IMG/VR virus record: IMGVR_UViG_3300028833_000011
Length of the DNA stretch: 64,000 bases
Source: an uncultured virus (IMG/VR IMGVR_UViG_3300028833_000011)
Lineage: Duplodnaviria; Heunggongvirae; Uroviricota; Caudoviricetes
Reading direction: 5' to 3' (one strand)
Shown piece after piece: positions 18,239-29,338 of this stretch (its first letter is position 1; every line of letters starts with the position of its first letter). The position numbers were made by a program, and so were the translations under genes. Below the pieces are notes generated by a model. It was not told where the DNA came from. It saw nothing but the letters and a program-made list of their open reading frames with translations, and did not search any database.

Positions 18239-18673
18239 TTACTTGTCCTTTTTATTATAAATATATATATTAAAACCCTTATGGACAAAATACAAACAAA
18301 TAAGAAAATTTATGATTGCCACAATCATCGCACTTTCCTCGGATAACTCGGTGCTTATAAAATAATGCTTTTCGCAAAGATTAACATAAAGATAAGCGAT
18401 TGCCAATTTATTTGTTATGCAAGTATGGATGGCGAACGCAAGAATCGTCACGACAAACAACAATTGAACATTATATTCGAATACAAGTCCAAGCGCCCAA
18501 GAAATAGGCTTGTTCAAGACAATTGCGCCGTTGTATGCAAGATAGTTGTTCGTCAATATAGATGCCAAACATTCCGCATAAGATATTAGCACAACAAAAC
18601 AAATTACGAAAGGCAATATCTTGCCTATATTTATAAGAAATATCCTTACCTTATATAAGCCGTCGTTGTTCAT
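18239..18673 (-). CDS. membrane protein
   Basis: Several hydrophobic segments. Confidence 0.65.
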   Translation of the reverse strand: MNNDGLYKVRIFLINIGKILPFVICFVVLISYAECLASILTNNYLAYNGAIVLNKPISWALGLVFEYNVQLLFVVTILAFAIHTCITNKLAIAYLYVNLCEKHYFISTELSEESAMIVAIINFLICLYFVHKGFNIYIYNKKDK

Positions 18674-18846
18674 TTTTTGCGTTTAAGTTTTATCTTGAAA
18701 GTGGCGCCCGCGTCGGGCGGTAGTCGTGTGGGCGCTTGACGTAAAGAATCTTTGCGTGCATTCATTGTGCTATCATTCTTTGCTACAAGTCTTACCCTTT
18801 TAAGAATCTTTAATCTCGCGTTAATTTTCTTTCTTGGTTTTGCCAT
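18670..18846 (-). CDS. small highly basic protein
   Basis: MAKPRKKINARLKILKRVR...FKIKLKRKK read by hand; ATGA overlap with the next gene. Confidence 0.5.
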   Translation of the reverse strand: MAKPRKKINARLKILKRVRLVAKNDSTMNARKDSLRQAPTRLPPDAGATFKIKLKRKK

Positions 18847-18913
18847 ATTTGATGATAGTAATTAGGATAGGTTCGCGCATGGGTAAAGCACGAACCCGTC
18901 CGTTATACAATAG

Positions 18914-19108
18914 TTATTGTTCGTTTGCATGGCACCACTCGTCGAAACCGCTTGGCTTTTCAACGAGGCGCCCAACCATCTTGCCGCGTCGGAAAGTAAC
19001 CGACGAAACAACCCCGTCACGAATAAGTCCGTAAACGTGTTGCGGTGTCTTGTTGATGAAATTTGCGTAATCACTTACGCTTATATATTCTTTAAGTTGT
19101 TCTGCCAT
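18914..19108 (-). CDS. small HTH / excisionase-like DNA-binding protein
   Basis: YISVSDYANFINKTPQHVYGLIRDG. Confidence 0.65.
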   Translation of the reverse strand: MAEQLKEYISVSDYANFINKTPQHVYGLIRDGVVSSVTFRRGKMVGRLVEKPSGFDEWCHANEQ

Positions 19109-19111
19109 CTT

Positions 19112-19603
19112 TTATGTATTAAGTTGTTTTTTAATGTCGGTGCTTCCATAGCCGTTTTCACCTCTTTCGCTTTTCGATAGTTCATCTACCTCGATGAACT
19201 TTATCGGTTCGGTGCGATTAAGCATGATTTGGCAAACCTTGTCACCGACTTTGTATCGCGGCATATTCGGCATCACATGGTAAAATACGGCCGAAACCTC
19301 GCCTCTATAACCCTTGTCTATTGTTCCCATACTACAAGATAACACCATCCCCGTTTTCCATACACTTGAACGCGGCCTAACTTCGATAGACGTAATCAAC
19401 TCATTTTCATGACCAATCAAGTGGTCGGCAAGCATAGTAGTTGCGTCGTAGACGATTTCAAAGGCCAAGCCCAATCCGTATTTATATACGTTAGGTGCAA
19501 TCTCTTCACATGTCACCGCAACCGCGTCAAAACAAAAATCGTCGTTATATGTCTTGAATGGGATAACGGCATTCGGATGTAATTTCTTAACCTTGACTTT
19601 CAT
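19112..19603 (-). CDS. dut: dUTPase
   Basis: RPRSS, GTIDKGYRGE, GDKVCQ, SERGENGYGST. Confidence 0.95.
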   Translation of the reverse strand: MKVKVKKLHPNAVIPFKTYNDDFCFDAVAVTCEEIAPNVYKYGLGLAFEIVYDATTMLADHLIGHENELITSIEVRPRSSVWKTGMVLSCSMGTIDKGYRGEVSAVFYHVMPNMPRYKVGDKVCQIMLNRTEPIKFIEVDELSKSERGENGYGSTDIKKQLNT

Positions 19604-20264
19604 CGTCGGGCATCTTGTTAAAAACGTCGTCGGCATCCTTTGCTTGTAGCGCGTTGATTTCTTGTTGTACGCGTTCGGCGTCGCTAACTTTGTTGAACAT
19701 AACCATATCCTCTACGTTTTGTAGGTATTTATCAAGCAGCCATTTGTGTTGCTCGATAAATTCCTTGGTCGTAAGGCCGTCCTTGTGTTCGCTAAGAAAG
19801 ACTTGACTTGACGCGAGGTTTACAAGGTAGTTGAAATATACAAGGAATGATGATGCGCCGTTTTCGTCGATTGAATAAAGCGGGTAGAAAATATTGAAAA
19901 GGTACCAAGAGTAATACGTTACGATATTATACTCTAATTCCTTTCCGTCAGCCTTTAACTTTTCGACAAGTTTGGCGAAAGAATACAACGTGCCGTTTTT
20001 GGTCTTGGTGCCAAAGTCGGTCGAAAGCGCAATGTCAAGAACCTTGTTAGAATAAACATACGGCTTTGAATAGCCAGCGCTCGTTACGGCATAAAAGACG
20101 TGGGTGTGCGACGCAGTTTGAATAAGGCAAACATCATCGGTCGCCGTAATCTTCAAACCCTTGTCGGTAAAATAAATTTCGCGAGTGTCCTTTGTTCGGT
20201 CGATATGAATAAGCGCCTTTTCAATGCGCGATTCCAATTGCTTGTTGCTTAGTTTCTTTTCCAT
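19587..20264 (-). CDS. hypothetical protein
   Basis: 225 aa ORF in the operon. Confidence 0.75.
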   Translation of the reverse strand: MEKKLSNKQLESRIEKALIHIDRTKDTREIYFTDKGLKITATDDVCLIQTASHTHVFYAVTSAGYSKPYVYSNKVLDIALSTDFGTKTKNGTLYSFAKLVEKLKADGKELEYNIVTYYSWYLFNIFYPLYSIDENGASSFLVYFNYLVNLASSQVFLSEHKDGLTTKEFIEQHKWLLDKYLQNVEDMVMFNKVSDAERVQQEINALQAKDADDVFNKMPDDESQG

Positions 20265-20280
20265 ACTTATTTTTGTTTAC

Positions 20281-20832
20281 TTATTTTTGTTTTTTGTTGT
20301 TCTTTTTTGCGCCGTCGTGAAAAATCACCGAAAGACGGGTAATGATGCCGTCGTGTGTAGTAGGCACGCGCCCCTTGATTTTGTTCTTGGTGTTGTATGA
20401 TGCAATGAACGCCTTTGCCTCGTCGTCGTTGGTGATAAAATCAAAGAAATATTCGTTCTTTGTGTTCATCATAAATTCGTCGTCGCCGTCGTCGTTGCGT
20501 TCGGCCGATTTTGCCTCTTTCAATACATTCAATGCCGTTTCTTTAGATTTTTCGTCCATGTCGAAATCTTCGATTTCTTCAATTGTGGTCATATATTCGG
20601 GAACGACAAAAATAGTCTTGATGTTTACAAAAGGCTCGTTGTCAAACACCTTTACGACACGAGGCTTTGTTTCCTTGCCATCGTCATAACTTGCTATGGC
20701 ATAACATTCGTCGCCATGTTGCATTTCGAGGATTGCCACACCCTTATTGAAAGATGTAAGGCCGTCCCACTCTTTCTTTGGCACATTAGGGATGCCTAAT
20801 AAATTGATTACTTCTTGTTCGTATTTAATCAT
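20281..20832 (-). CDS. hypothetical protein
   Basis: 183 aa ORF in the operon. Confidence 0.75.
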   Translation of the reverse strand: MIKYEQEVINLLGIPNVPKKEWDGLTSFNKGVAILEMQHGDECYAIASYDDGKETKPRVVKVFDNEPFVNIKTIFVVPEYMTTIEEIEDFDMDEKSKETALNVLKEAKSAERNDDGDDEFMMNTKNEYFFDFITNDDEAKAFIASYNTKNKIKGRVPTTHDGIITRLSVIFHDGAKKNNKKQK

Positions 20833-20885
20833 ATCTTATATTGTTAAGCGCGGCACGTTTTTATGCGTGCCACGCGGGTTGATGA

Positions 20886-21689
20886 TTATTCGTCTTGTTC
20901 GGTCGGGAAATTATCGAACTTTTTGGCCACATCCTCGGCTTTTTGTTCGTCGATGGGCGCGCCGTCTGACCTATCTACATACTCTACGTCGGCATCGTCA
21001 ATTTCCTCGATGCTTTGCATTTGCGTAAAGTCGCCCTTGGCTACGCCTTGGTCAAACTTGATTGCGCGTTGCATTTCGATTGAAAGGATGCCGAAACGGG
21101 ATAGCAACATTTTCAGGCACGTCTTGCGCCCCATTGCGTCGGGGTCGGTGTTCCATACGCCGCTACCAAAAGACTTGCTATAACGCTTTCCGTGCGCAAG
21201 CGCCTCTTCTTTCGTCATGTAGAAATACTTCTCAAAACCGCCGATGGTCTTGAAATACGCCATGTAGCCGATAATCTTGTCGCTTTTGCGTTTGGTGTAA
21301 TCAAACACATAGTCGTCGGTGAACGGGTCGGCCTTGACAAGTTCGCCCTCGTGTACGTCGCAATTCGTGATTTTTGCATATTGTCCGCTACGGATGGCCA
21401 ATTGCGTCAAACCGCGAACCATGATTTGAAATTGCGCTTGACGGCCGTATGGCACGATTGCCGCAAAACCAAGATTCGGGTTAATTGGCAAATCGAGTGA
21501 TGCCGCAATCATAGCGCTTGAATAGATAGACTGTGGTTCGGTGTTCTGCAACAACTTGCTATTGTTTACCACCGACAACACGCTTGTTGCGAAACCTTGC
21601 GCCTTTTGGCCAAGCATAGCGCGCAAATTCTTCTTGACCGAATCGTTTTCGAAATAGCCCTTTAAGGCCACTAAATTGTTGTTTGCCAT
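20886..21689 (-). CDS. recT: RecT-family single-strand annealing recombinase
   Basis: LDLPINPNLGFAAIVPY, AQFQIMVRGLTQLAIRSGQY, DAMGRKT. Confidence 0.9.
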   Translation of the reverse strand: MANNNLVALKGYFENDSVKKNLRAMLGQKAQGFATSVLSVVNNSKLLQNTEPQSIYSSAMIAASLDLPINPNLGFAAIVPYGRQAQFQIMVRGLTQLAIRSGQYAKITNCDVHEGELVKADPFTDDYVFDYTKRKSDKIIGYMAYFKTIGGFEKYFYMTKEEALAHGKRYSKSFGSGVWNTDPDAMGRKTCLKMLLSRFGILSIEMQRAIKFDQGVAKGDFTQMQSIEEIDDADVEYVDRSDGAPIDEQKAEDVAKKFDNFPTEQDE

Positions 21690-21703
21690 AGTTCTTTTCG
21701 TTG

Positions 21704-22702
21704 TTAAATGTTTTTATTCTTGTCGTTTTTGAGCCTAATTTGAACACTGCCCTTGCGCTTTACAACCTTGGTGTATTTGGCGGCAAGTTCGTTGCCTTTT
21801 CTCGGGTGTGATGCCTTATAATCCTCGATGAATCGTTTTCCATCGAAAGACTTGCTTTCCGTTTCATCGACGCGCACAATTGACCACGATTCATTCTTGA
21901 TAGACTTGATGCCTTTTTGTAGCATGAATTCATACAACTTGGCCTTAAAGTCGTCAACCTTTTTCTCGCGTTCCTTGATTTCCTCGAGTGCCAACGTAAT
22001 CATAGCGAATTCATTGCGCACCTTTTCGGGTAGGTAATTGCTATCTATTTCATCGCCGTCGTAATATTCATCCAATACGGATAGATATTCGTTGGCAATA
22101 TCCATAGCGCGTCCCAAGTCAAATAATGTTGACGAGAAAGCCATCTTGTGAATCGAAAGGCGTTCTGGGTCGAACGTAAATTGCTCGTTCTCCAAGTCGA
22201 TGCCTTCCGTGTTGTAATGACAAAGATAGATATGTACCCTCCAATCGCGGCCGTATTCGCTTGCCAATTCCTTGGCGATAGTCCATTGAATGAACATTTG
22301 CGAACGATACGTACCTTTCGTCGCCTTGGGATTGTATTTTGTGGCCTTGCATTCCCAAATGCTAATTGTCTTTGCGTCGTTGTCGATTTTAACGATGTCG
22401 GGATGCGCGATAAGCCTTACATGTTCGCGGCTATACTTTTTTGACACCCAAAGTGGGTTGCTTTCGTATGACGTGTCGTTTTTTACGAGGTGGTCATAGA
22501 TTTGGTTCTCGATGTAATCACCGAAAGCCATTGCTGTGCTTGTAATGTTCGTGTTTTCGACAAGTCCCTTTACAATTGCGAGCCTACGCTTGGCACTTTG
22601 CGGGATATAACCGAGATTTGCGATTTGGCACAACATAGCGCCGTCGCTACTACCTAACGAACCTTGTCTTGTTTGTTGGATTTCTTCCTTGTAGTCTTTC
22701 AT
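21704..22702 (-). CDS. YqaJ/lambda-exonuclease-like nuclease
   Basis: RQGSLGSSD, AMAFGDYIE, AHPD...WECKA, QMFIQ; adjacent to recT. Confidence 0.85.
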   Translation of the reverse strand: MKDYKEEIQQTRQGSLGSSDGAMLCQIANLGYIPQSAKRRLAIVKGLVENTNITSTAMAFGDYIENQIYDHLVKNDTSYESNPLWVSKKYSREHVRLIAHPDIVKIDNDAKTISIWECKATKYNPKATKGTYRSQMFIQWTIAKELASEYGRDWRVHIYLCHYNTEGIDLENEQFTFDPERLSIHKMAFSSTLFDLGRAMDIANEYLSVLDEYYDGDEIDSNYLPEKVRNEFAMITLALEEIKEREKKVDDFKAKLYEFMLQKGIKSIKNESWSIVRVDETESKSFDGKRFIEDYKASHPRKGNELAAKYTKVVKRKGSVQIRLKNDKNKNI

Positions 22703-23064
22703 TTTGTTTTCTCTTTATTTTTTGATGATTTAATAATACCAATAGAACGGGCGATAATAACTTGCGATAATAAGTCTATTCCACGATAATTTGACTTAAA
22801 CGAACCAACGCGCCCAAACACGAACGCATATTGATTGTTTTTTGCGCCTACGTCATGCAAATACTTGACATATCTATTATCGTACACGAACACGCGAACG
22901 TATGTTTCAAAGTTTAGCGTTTTTTCCGCGCTATCGGCTATTTCCTTGATGTAACTTGCCATTTGGAAAGAGAATGTCGCGTATTCCTTACCCGTTTCCG
23001 ATTTTCCAAACTTTAGCAAGTTTATCTTTCCGACAAGAAACGTCGTGTTTATATCTTGTACCAT
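22699..23064 (-). CDS. OB-fold ssDNA-binding-like protein
   Basis: INTTFLVGKI...ATFS...YVRVFVY...AFVFGRV; no acidic tail. Confidence 0.6.
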   Translation of the reverse strand: MVQDINTTFLVGKINLLKFGKSETGKEYATFSFQMASYIKEIADSAEKTLNFETYVRVFVYDNRYVKYLHDVGAKNNQYAFVFGRVGSFKSNYRGIDLLSQVIIARSIGIIKSSKNKEKTK

Positions 23065-23082
23065 TTTCGTTCAATTTTGGTG

Positions 23083-23113
23083 CAAATATACGAATTTGTT
23101 TTGAATATACAAA
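23083..23113 (-). promoter_or_regulatory. Bacteroidota sigma-A promoter for the recombination operon
   Basis: Minus strand TTTG-N19-TATATTTG. Confidence 0.75.
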
Positions 23114-23170
23114 ATATTTTTACCGAATTTAACTTTTTTTGATATTATTTCATTTGTTTTCATTAAATTT

Positions 23171-23207
23171 GGCGCTTTCGCCATAATTGCTATAAACGAA
23201 AGCGCCG
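23171..23207 (-). terminator. hairpin terminator
   Basis: ggcgctttcg...cgaaagcgcc inverted repeat. Confidence 0.55.
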
Positions 23208-23214
23208 AAATGAA

Positions 23215-23547
23215 TTAATACGGGGCGTCGGTACCGCCTTGTTGCTGGGCGTTGTTTCCTGCGCCGCTTGACGACGATTGTTGAGCCGTACTTACGCGCC
23301 ACGCGATAAGCGATGAAAACCAACGGCCTTGCCATTCGCGGCTTTCCACATCAAACGAAATGGTCGCGTCGGTACCCATAGTGACACTCATTCTTTGCCA
23401 TGTGTCGGGTTTCAGAACGTCGAATTTGACCTTTTTTGGATATTGGCCGAATGTTTCGACGACAAACGAATGGCGAACTACTTCGCCGTTTCTCCCGTTG
23501 AATCTTTCTTCGGGTAGAATCAAGATAACTTTTCCTTGAATTTCCAT
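23215..23547 (-). CDS. DUF3127-family ssDNA-binding protein
   Basis: MEIQGKV...QYPKKV...SFDVESREWQGRWF...AWRV, tail DAPY. Confidence 0.85.
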   Translation of the reverse strand: MEIQGKVILILPEERFNGRNGEVVRHSFVVETFGQYPKKVKFDVLKPDTWQRMSVTMGTDATISFDVESREWQGRWFSSLIAWRVSTAQQSSSSGAGNNAQQQGGTDAPY

Positions 23548-23898
23548 AATTAAATTAAATTGTTATTCAAATATTGGGGTTCCATACTTTGCATTCCATT
23601 TTTCCGAAACTGCGTCCATCAAATCCAACGACGATTGCGCGCAAAAGTCGAGGTTAACTTGCTTGTATGTTTCAAGGCTTGCCTTGGCGAACATCATTAC
23701 GCAATTTAAGTAAAACTCTTTTCGTTTCATATCCGTTTCAAATAAAAGCGTAAATAATAAGACCAATAACACAAGCCAATACAACAAACGCCGCGATTCC
23801 GATTTTAATACATCCGTTCAAAAGTTGGCGTTCCTCTTCTTCTTGTCTTTTTCGGTCGAGTTCAAACAACTCGTCCCAATCGTAATATTGTCCCATAG

Positions 23899-24483
23899 TT
23901 ATTCAAAATTAAGCATTCTTGGTATATTACAACCGATAAAATTTCCAAAAACAATAACAAGCCAATATGGGAAATAGTCTTTCACTAAATCAAAATCGGC
24001 TAATGTAGAAAACATATAGAACGCGTCGGCTATTGAGTGATAAAAGCCGCATGCGATAAACGATGGTATGCCTAACAATAACGGCAATGGATTACCTTGA
24101 CGGGCGGCGCCTACAACAAACGTCATAATTATGCCGCACATTATAGAACGGGTAAGACACAAAAAATACCCAGCCTCTATTCTTGAAAAAATGATGTCGC
24201 CGCCGTCAAGACCTATAAGGCTTGCAGCAAACAAGCATCCACAAGCGTTGACAAAAATAGTTGACAACAACAACAACCATTCGTCGATTTCGCGCCAATC
24301 AAAAAAACCTGCCATACCCGTGTATAACGGAAGTTTATAATGAACGATGGCAAGTAATCCAAACGCGAATAATACCTCACCGACTATGCCACCCACACTA
24401 ATATAGGCGGCTCCTCCAATCGAAATGCAAATACCAGATAAAAAAGTCTTTCTCATTTTGTTTCTTGTTTTTTTATTTTCCAA
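23899..24483 (-). CDS. formate/nitrite transporter (FNT) family channel
   Basis: LSGICISIGG, LYTG, FIACGFYHSIAD, GNFIG. Confidence 0.8.
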   Translation of the reverse strand: MENKKTRNKMRKTFLSGICISIGGAAYISVGGIVGEVLFAFGLLAIVHYKLPLYTGMAGFFDWREIDEWLLLLSTIFVNACGCLFAASLIGLDGGDIIFSRIEAGYFLCLTRSIMCGIIMTFVVGAARQGNPLPLLLGIPSFIACGFYHSIADAFYMFSTLADFDLVKDYFPYWLVIVFGNFIGCNIPRMLNFE

Positions 24484-25388
24484 CCTTTCTTTTCGAACTC
24501 TTGTTCAAGATTGGCTACCAACTTATTTGGCGCCGCATCTTGTTTGCCGTTCTTTTTATTTTCTCTTGATTGTTTGATACGATTAACTGTAGATTCGATG
24601 TCTTTCCCCGAATTCTTGCCAATATCGTAGCCCGCCTCTTTACATGCCGTATATATATTAACCACGTCGCATATCTTGTTGCAAATAATCGTGATTGACG
24701 CCTCCATTGGCGCCGTATATGGCACGTTGAATTCTTGCCCGTTGGCCAAGCACGCCATAATCTTGATGTTTATTTGCGTGATGCGTGAAATATCCTTTGG
24801 CGATATAAAATACGCGTTTTCGCGTGATTTGTCGTCACGAGGATTTGCGCAAAGATAATAATGCGAACCGCCTTGTAGTTTTTCGCATCGTTCAAGAATA
24901 TTTGTCGCAATCAAGCAAAATAAATGACAAGAAAGCATATCCGACATAGCCGTTTGTTGAATCACACCCGCGCGGCCAGTTTCGTTGAAAATCGAGTATG
25001 ATAACTTGTCAATTTCGGGTTGAATCACGTCGTCGATATAAGACGCCATGATGGAAAATGCCATAATTTCATCCTCGGTCATATTCCGCATAAAAGCATT
25101 TTCAATTTGGTTGCAAATAGGCAACGGGTATGTTTTTGGCTTGTAAAGTGTTTGCGCCAATTGCTTGACTTTACCTTTCCAAGCTTTCGGGTTCTTTCTT
25201 AGTGCTTGAATTGCCTTTTCGCATTGCACGCGCGATTGGTCAATAATCAAAAGTTGCAAGGCCATATAGTCGTCAACCTCGGTAAGCGGGTAATAGTATG
25301 CTCTTGGATAAAGATAGTCGGCAACGTGCGTTGTACCTATTCCCGCAAGCCTTACGGCCTCCATCCTTTGTTCTAATGTAGTTGTCAT
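24453..25388 (-). CDS. hypothetical protein
   Basis: 311 aa helical ORF. Confidence 0.75.
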   Translation of the reverse strand: MTTTLEQRMEAVRLAGIGTTHVADYLYPRAYYYPLTEVDDYMALQLLIIDQSRVQCEKAIQALRKNPKAWKGKVKQLAQTLYKPKTYPLPICNQIENAFMRNMTEDEIMAFSIMASYIDDVIQPEIDKLSYSIFNETGRAGVIQQTAMSDMLSCHLFCLIATNILERCEKLQGGSHYYLCANPRDDKSRENAYFISPKDISRITQINIKIMACLANGQEFNVPYTAPMEASITIICNKICDVVNIYTACKEAGYDIGKNSGKDIESTVNRIKQSRENKKNGKQDAAPNKLVANLEQEFEKKGWKIKKQETK

Positions 25389-25394
25389 GTCGAG

Positions 25395-25679
25395 TTAGAT
25401 TGATTTGTTGGTTGGTACAATACCGCCAAGACGGACGAATTGCTCTTTCGTTACTTGTGTAATTGTTAGAATCGAAAGCGTCCCGTCGATATAAGTAAAA
25501 TCCTTTTTCGACAAAAACTTTTCTATGCTATTAAGCATAAATTCTTGCGTTGGCAAGCCACAAGTGTCGTTTTCGGTCGTAAACGAAAAGAAAGACGTGT
25601 AAAAAGTGGCCACCTTGGTTTTGTCGTTGTTGTTGCTCGCGTTGTAATGAGCAGTTGTGATGTAATACTTTGTTTTCAT
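25395..25679 (-). CDS. hypothetical protein
   Basis: 94 aa ORF in the operon. Confidence 0.65.
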   Translation of the reverse strand: MKTKYYITTAHYNASNNNDKTKVATFYTSFFSFTTENDTCGLPTQEFMLNSIEKFLSKKDFTYIDGTLSILTITQVTKEQFVRLGGIVPTNKSI

Positions 25680-25681
25680 AA

Positions 25682-26446
25682 TTATAACGATTTGATTGTC
25701 TTTTTTACTTTGTTAATATAGCCGTCGGTCATTTCAATGAAATTAACCTCGTCACATTTGCTTAAAGCATAAATCAACAACGGGTTATGCACAACCGAAA
25801 TGATTTGTGTGTACGGCTTGTGGAATGATAATACACCTTTTACATCTACGATATTATCGATAGATAGGTTTCTATCGGGTTCATCCATTAGGATAGTCCA
25901 TTCGTTGTCGCAAGACACCTTATGCGATTGTGTGTAATCGTAGTATTGCTTGTAGTTGTCGGCGAACATGGAATAGTCGAAGTTTAACTTTGCCTTTTTA
26001 CTAAAAATGTAGTTAAACAAAGAACTTATCGCGATAAGCACACCTTGACCAGTTGACGACCTTGATTGCTCGTAGGCGTCACTAAAATCTGAAATCGTTT
26101 CTATTGCCTTTCTTGACAACTTTTCACCAGCATGCGAAAGACGGAATGTATTTTTTTCGTAGTCGGCATATACGTCAACGCCGTCCAAGAAACTATCTTT
26201 TTCCCACCCCATAAAAAGACTATTGATATTACTATTGAACATACCTTTGTTGCATTCGGTATAGTCAACCATCAAATAAGTCTTAATAAGATTCAAAAGC
26301 GTAGTCTTGCCGCATCCGTTCTCTCCGACAATAACATTCACGCCAGCCTTAAACTCGTATGTTTTGCCGTTAGCAAAATTGTCGAGTTCGCTAATATATC
26401 GGAAAGGCGTTCTTTTGTTGTCCCTGATTACTACTTTAGTTACCAT
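25682..26446 (-). CDS. stand-alone ABC-type ATPase
   Basis: GENGCGKTT, SSTGQ signature, ILMDEPD, VVHNP; likely start MVTKVV at 26446. Confidence 0.85.
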   Translation of the reverse strand: MVTKVVIRDNKRTPFRYISELDNFANGKTYEFKAGVNVIVGENGCGKTTLLNLIKTYLMVDYTECNKGMFNSNINSLFMGWEKDSFLDGVDVYADYEKNTFRLSHAGEKLSRKAIETISDFSDAYEQSRSSTGQGVLIAISSLFNYIFSKKAKLNFDYSMFADNYKQYYDYTQSHKVSCDNEWTILMDEPDRNLSIDNIVDVKGVLSFHKPYTQIISVVHNPLLIYALSKCDEVNFIEMTDGYINKVKKTIKSL

Positions 26447-26478
26447 ATTGATATTTTTTATTATATTGATATTTTTTA

Positions 26479-27060
26479 TTATTTTTGTTTTTCGGGCGTT
26501 ATAACCATTTCGGCAACTGGGTCTATCACGTTTGCGCCAACAATAACAAAATCGCACTTGTCGCATTGACGTTTCGTGTCGTCCCACATTTTTCTATCGC
26601 CTTCATTATATGGGAAACGCAAGCATAATTGTCTTGCTCGGCACCAATCATTCGTACACTTTTTATATGGCTTTTGTTCAACCTTTATAATATTTTCAGG
26701 AGAACAATACCTTTGCCACCCAACATAATATTTCCCGTCCCATTTATAGGCATTATCGGCGATTTGCTTTTTACGGCCGTCTTTAAGCGTTACGATATAT
26801 TGGTTTGTCGGGTTGTACCTTGCAAGCATTTGTAGATAATATTGGCGAGGTGTTTCGTCAAATTCCCAGCCGCCGTTAAATTTCCAAGATTCGTCGCGTT
26901 TGATATACGTAAAGATAGCCTCGCGTTCTTCGTCCGAAAGTTGTGGCCACACGTCATTTACCATCATTGGGTAAATATCCCATCTTAGATGTGACTTACC
27001 TATGGCACCCTCGCATAGCCACAACAATTGAAATCTATCTAATGTTAATTTAGCAGGCAT
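26479..27060 (-). CDS. hypothetical protein
   Basis: 193 aa ORF with a Cys-rich C-terminus. Confidence 0.7.
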   Translation of the reverse strand: MPAKLTLDRFQLLWLCEGAIGKSHLRWDIYPMMVNDVWPQLSDEEREAIFTYIKRDESWKFNGGWEFDETPRQYYLQMLARYNPTNQYIVTLKDGRKKQIADNAYKWDGKYYVGWQRYCSPENIIKVEQKPYKKCTNDWCRARQLCLRFPYNEGDRKMWDDTKRQCDKCDFVIVGANVIDPVAEMVITPEKQK

Positions 27061-27062
27061 AG

Positions 27063-29271
27063 TTAATCTTGATTACAAACAACCATAAATTTTTCCTCAC
27101 AATATTCGGTGGCCTTTTTTGCAACTACCTCCGCTTTTTCACGTTTTACAAAACCGCGTTTCTTGTCAAGTATTGTTGTTATCCAAACTCGATTACAACG
27201 TACAACGCCATTTGCATCGTGAATTTGGTTAAAGTTGGCCTTGCAAACCGCCTTGTTGCCCATTTCGTTAATTACATAATACTTTTTCATATCTTGCGAT
27301 TTAATAGTTTTCAAATATGCTTTTACCCATTGCGATGTAACAAACAAGCGCCAAAACAAGCAATATGGCCATTATAGCAAAGCCAAGAACAAGAATCAAC
27401 GCCGCAATAGGCAAACACAATAAAACTTGAATAGTTCTAATTACGTATTTCATATTTACTCGTTTTCTATAAAGAATATTTTAACCTTGGTGCCGACCTT
27501 GAATCGTTCAAGAAAAGCGTTCCATTCGTCGATGTCTTTAGGTTCAAAACAATACAAATTATTGTATTTTACAACCTTTGCGTCTAACGTGTTTTCGCTA
27601 TTAAATAGATACTCTCGTTCGCTATTTACGCCCAAAAGCATAAAATGTTTGGCTATTTGCGAAAGTTTTGCGAACGATACGTTGTCCCATCTTTGTTCGG
27701 CCTTGCCAATTTCCTTTTCAAAAATTTCCGCTATTTGTTGTTCTTTCATAACTTTTTATTTTTGATTGAAATTGTTATTTCCCACTCGTCTTGAATTTCA
27801 AACGTCAACGCCGTAGATTCGGCGCCGTTTTCGGTTGCAATATCTTGCAAACAACGAATGACCTCCTTAAAGTCAATCGATTTTGTGTCGTTCTTTGCCA
27901 TATTCTTGTTGTTTTATAAAATTTACACTTGCGTTGTTGTTATCAGTCGTTGACAACAACAATTCTTTCCAATTCCGTTCTATTGCTTGTTCGCACCAAA
28001 AAATGTGTAACACAATCTTTTCCAAATAATTTATTGAAATGACGGCGACACATATCGAAATGACACAACGGACAGCATTCGCAATCTTGCCCAGTAGCGT
28101 CGGGCATTGACGGACTTATCGCTTTTACTTGATAGTCATTACTATCTATTTCGTATCTAAATTTTGCCATAGTCGTATAGTTTTATACCCAATTTTCGCC
28201 TTTCAACTTTAAGCATTGATTCATTTTGCATGGGCAATCTCTACCTTTCATCATGTCGCATCGCAATGATTCTTTTGGTGGTGCACCTGCATGGCAATAA
28301 AGACATTTACCTTCATTGGCCTGCTTATCCGATAGAGTGACACGTTTATAATGCCACCTCCACCAAGTTTCTCGTCTTACGAAAAATTCAAACCTGATGA
28401 TTAAATCAAAAAACCTTTTCATAATCTTTCAGTTTTAATATCGCCTCATTAGGGCTCATGACCGTAAAATATCCATACAATATCACCGATTTTCCCAAAA
28501 AAACCCAAGTCTTGGTCAACGCGGAACTTCTTTTTTGACAATTTATCTAATGTTACTTTTGTTTTATTACCTTTTGCCATATTATATCACCTTTAGGGGT
28601 CAAATTATTTGGGGTTATAAAGCAGCCGTACTTTCGTATGGTTGGATAGATATGGGAAGTGGTGTTCCCATCGGTGGTTGAATTGAGTACATTGGCGGCA
28701 TCTGGATTGCCCTGCGCACTTTCAACTCGGTTAGCCACTCTGCAAGTTGGATATGTTCCTCCCTGCACTCCTTGCAGGTCTCGTGGTTGGATGCCGTTTC
28801 AAGGCAATGCCGTATTGCTTCGTCTAAATACATTTCCATAGTCTTATTGTTTATTTGGAGTTAAATCAAGTTTTCAAGTGCATAAAGGATGGCTGCATTA
28901 GCAGCTTCTTCATAGGAAGTGAATGTAGCTAAATGTCGGTCGATAATATCTGTAGTTTGGATTCTAAATCCATATACCCATTTTTCAACTTTATGGTTTT
29001 TGTCTTCTTCTCCGACAATAGAAATTTCAATTTGAATGTTTTTTACTACTCGCAACCACTTCATTACCATTTGAAGTGTAGGTATAGATATTGCGCCAGC
29101 CATGCCCAACTTCTTCATACGCTCTACATCATTCCAGTCCATCATAAATGTATCTGACACTGTTCTGATTTCATCATATTGGGCATTGTAGTACCTATTG
29201 GTGACACACCTAAATCCTTTGTCCTTCAACAGCCTTGCTGTTTCAAGACTTACATAATCTTCGGTAATCAT
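27063..29271 (-). other. run of small leftward hypothetical genes (e.g. 27063-27290, 27456-27749, 27943-28170, 28183-28422, 28615-28839, 28861-29271)
   Basis: Short tandem ORFs with A-rich ...actATG start contexts. 28861-29271 (MITEDYVSLETARLLKDKGF) is a common Bacteroidota phage family. Confidence 0.65.
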
Positions 29272-29338
29272 ATTATCTTCTATTTAGGGTTAGAAAGCGG
29301 CAATGGCGGTTGCCACCCTTGCACTGAAAGGTTGGTGA

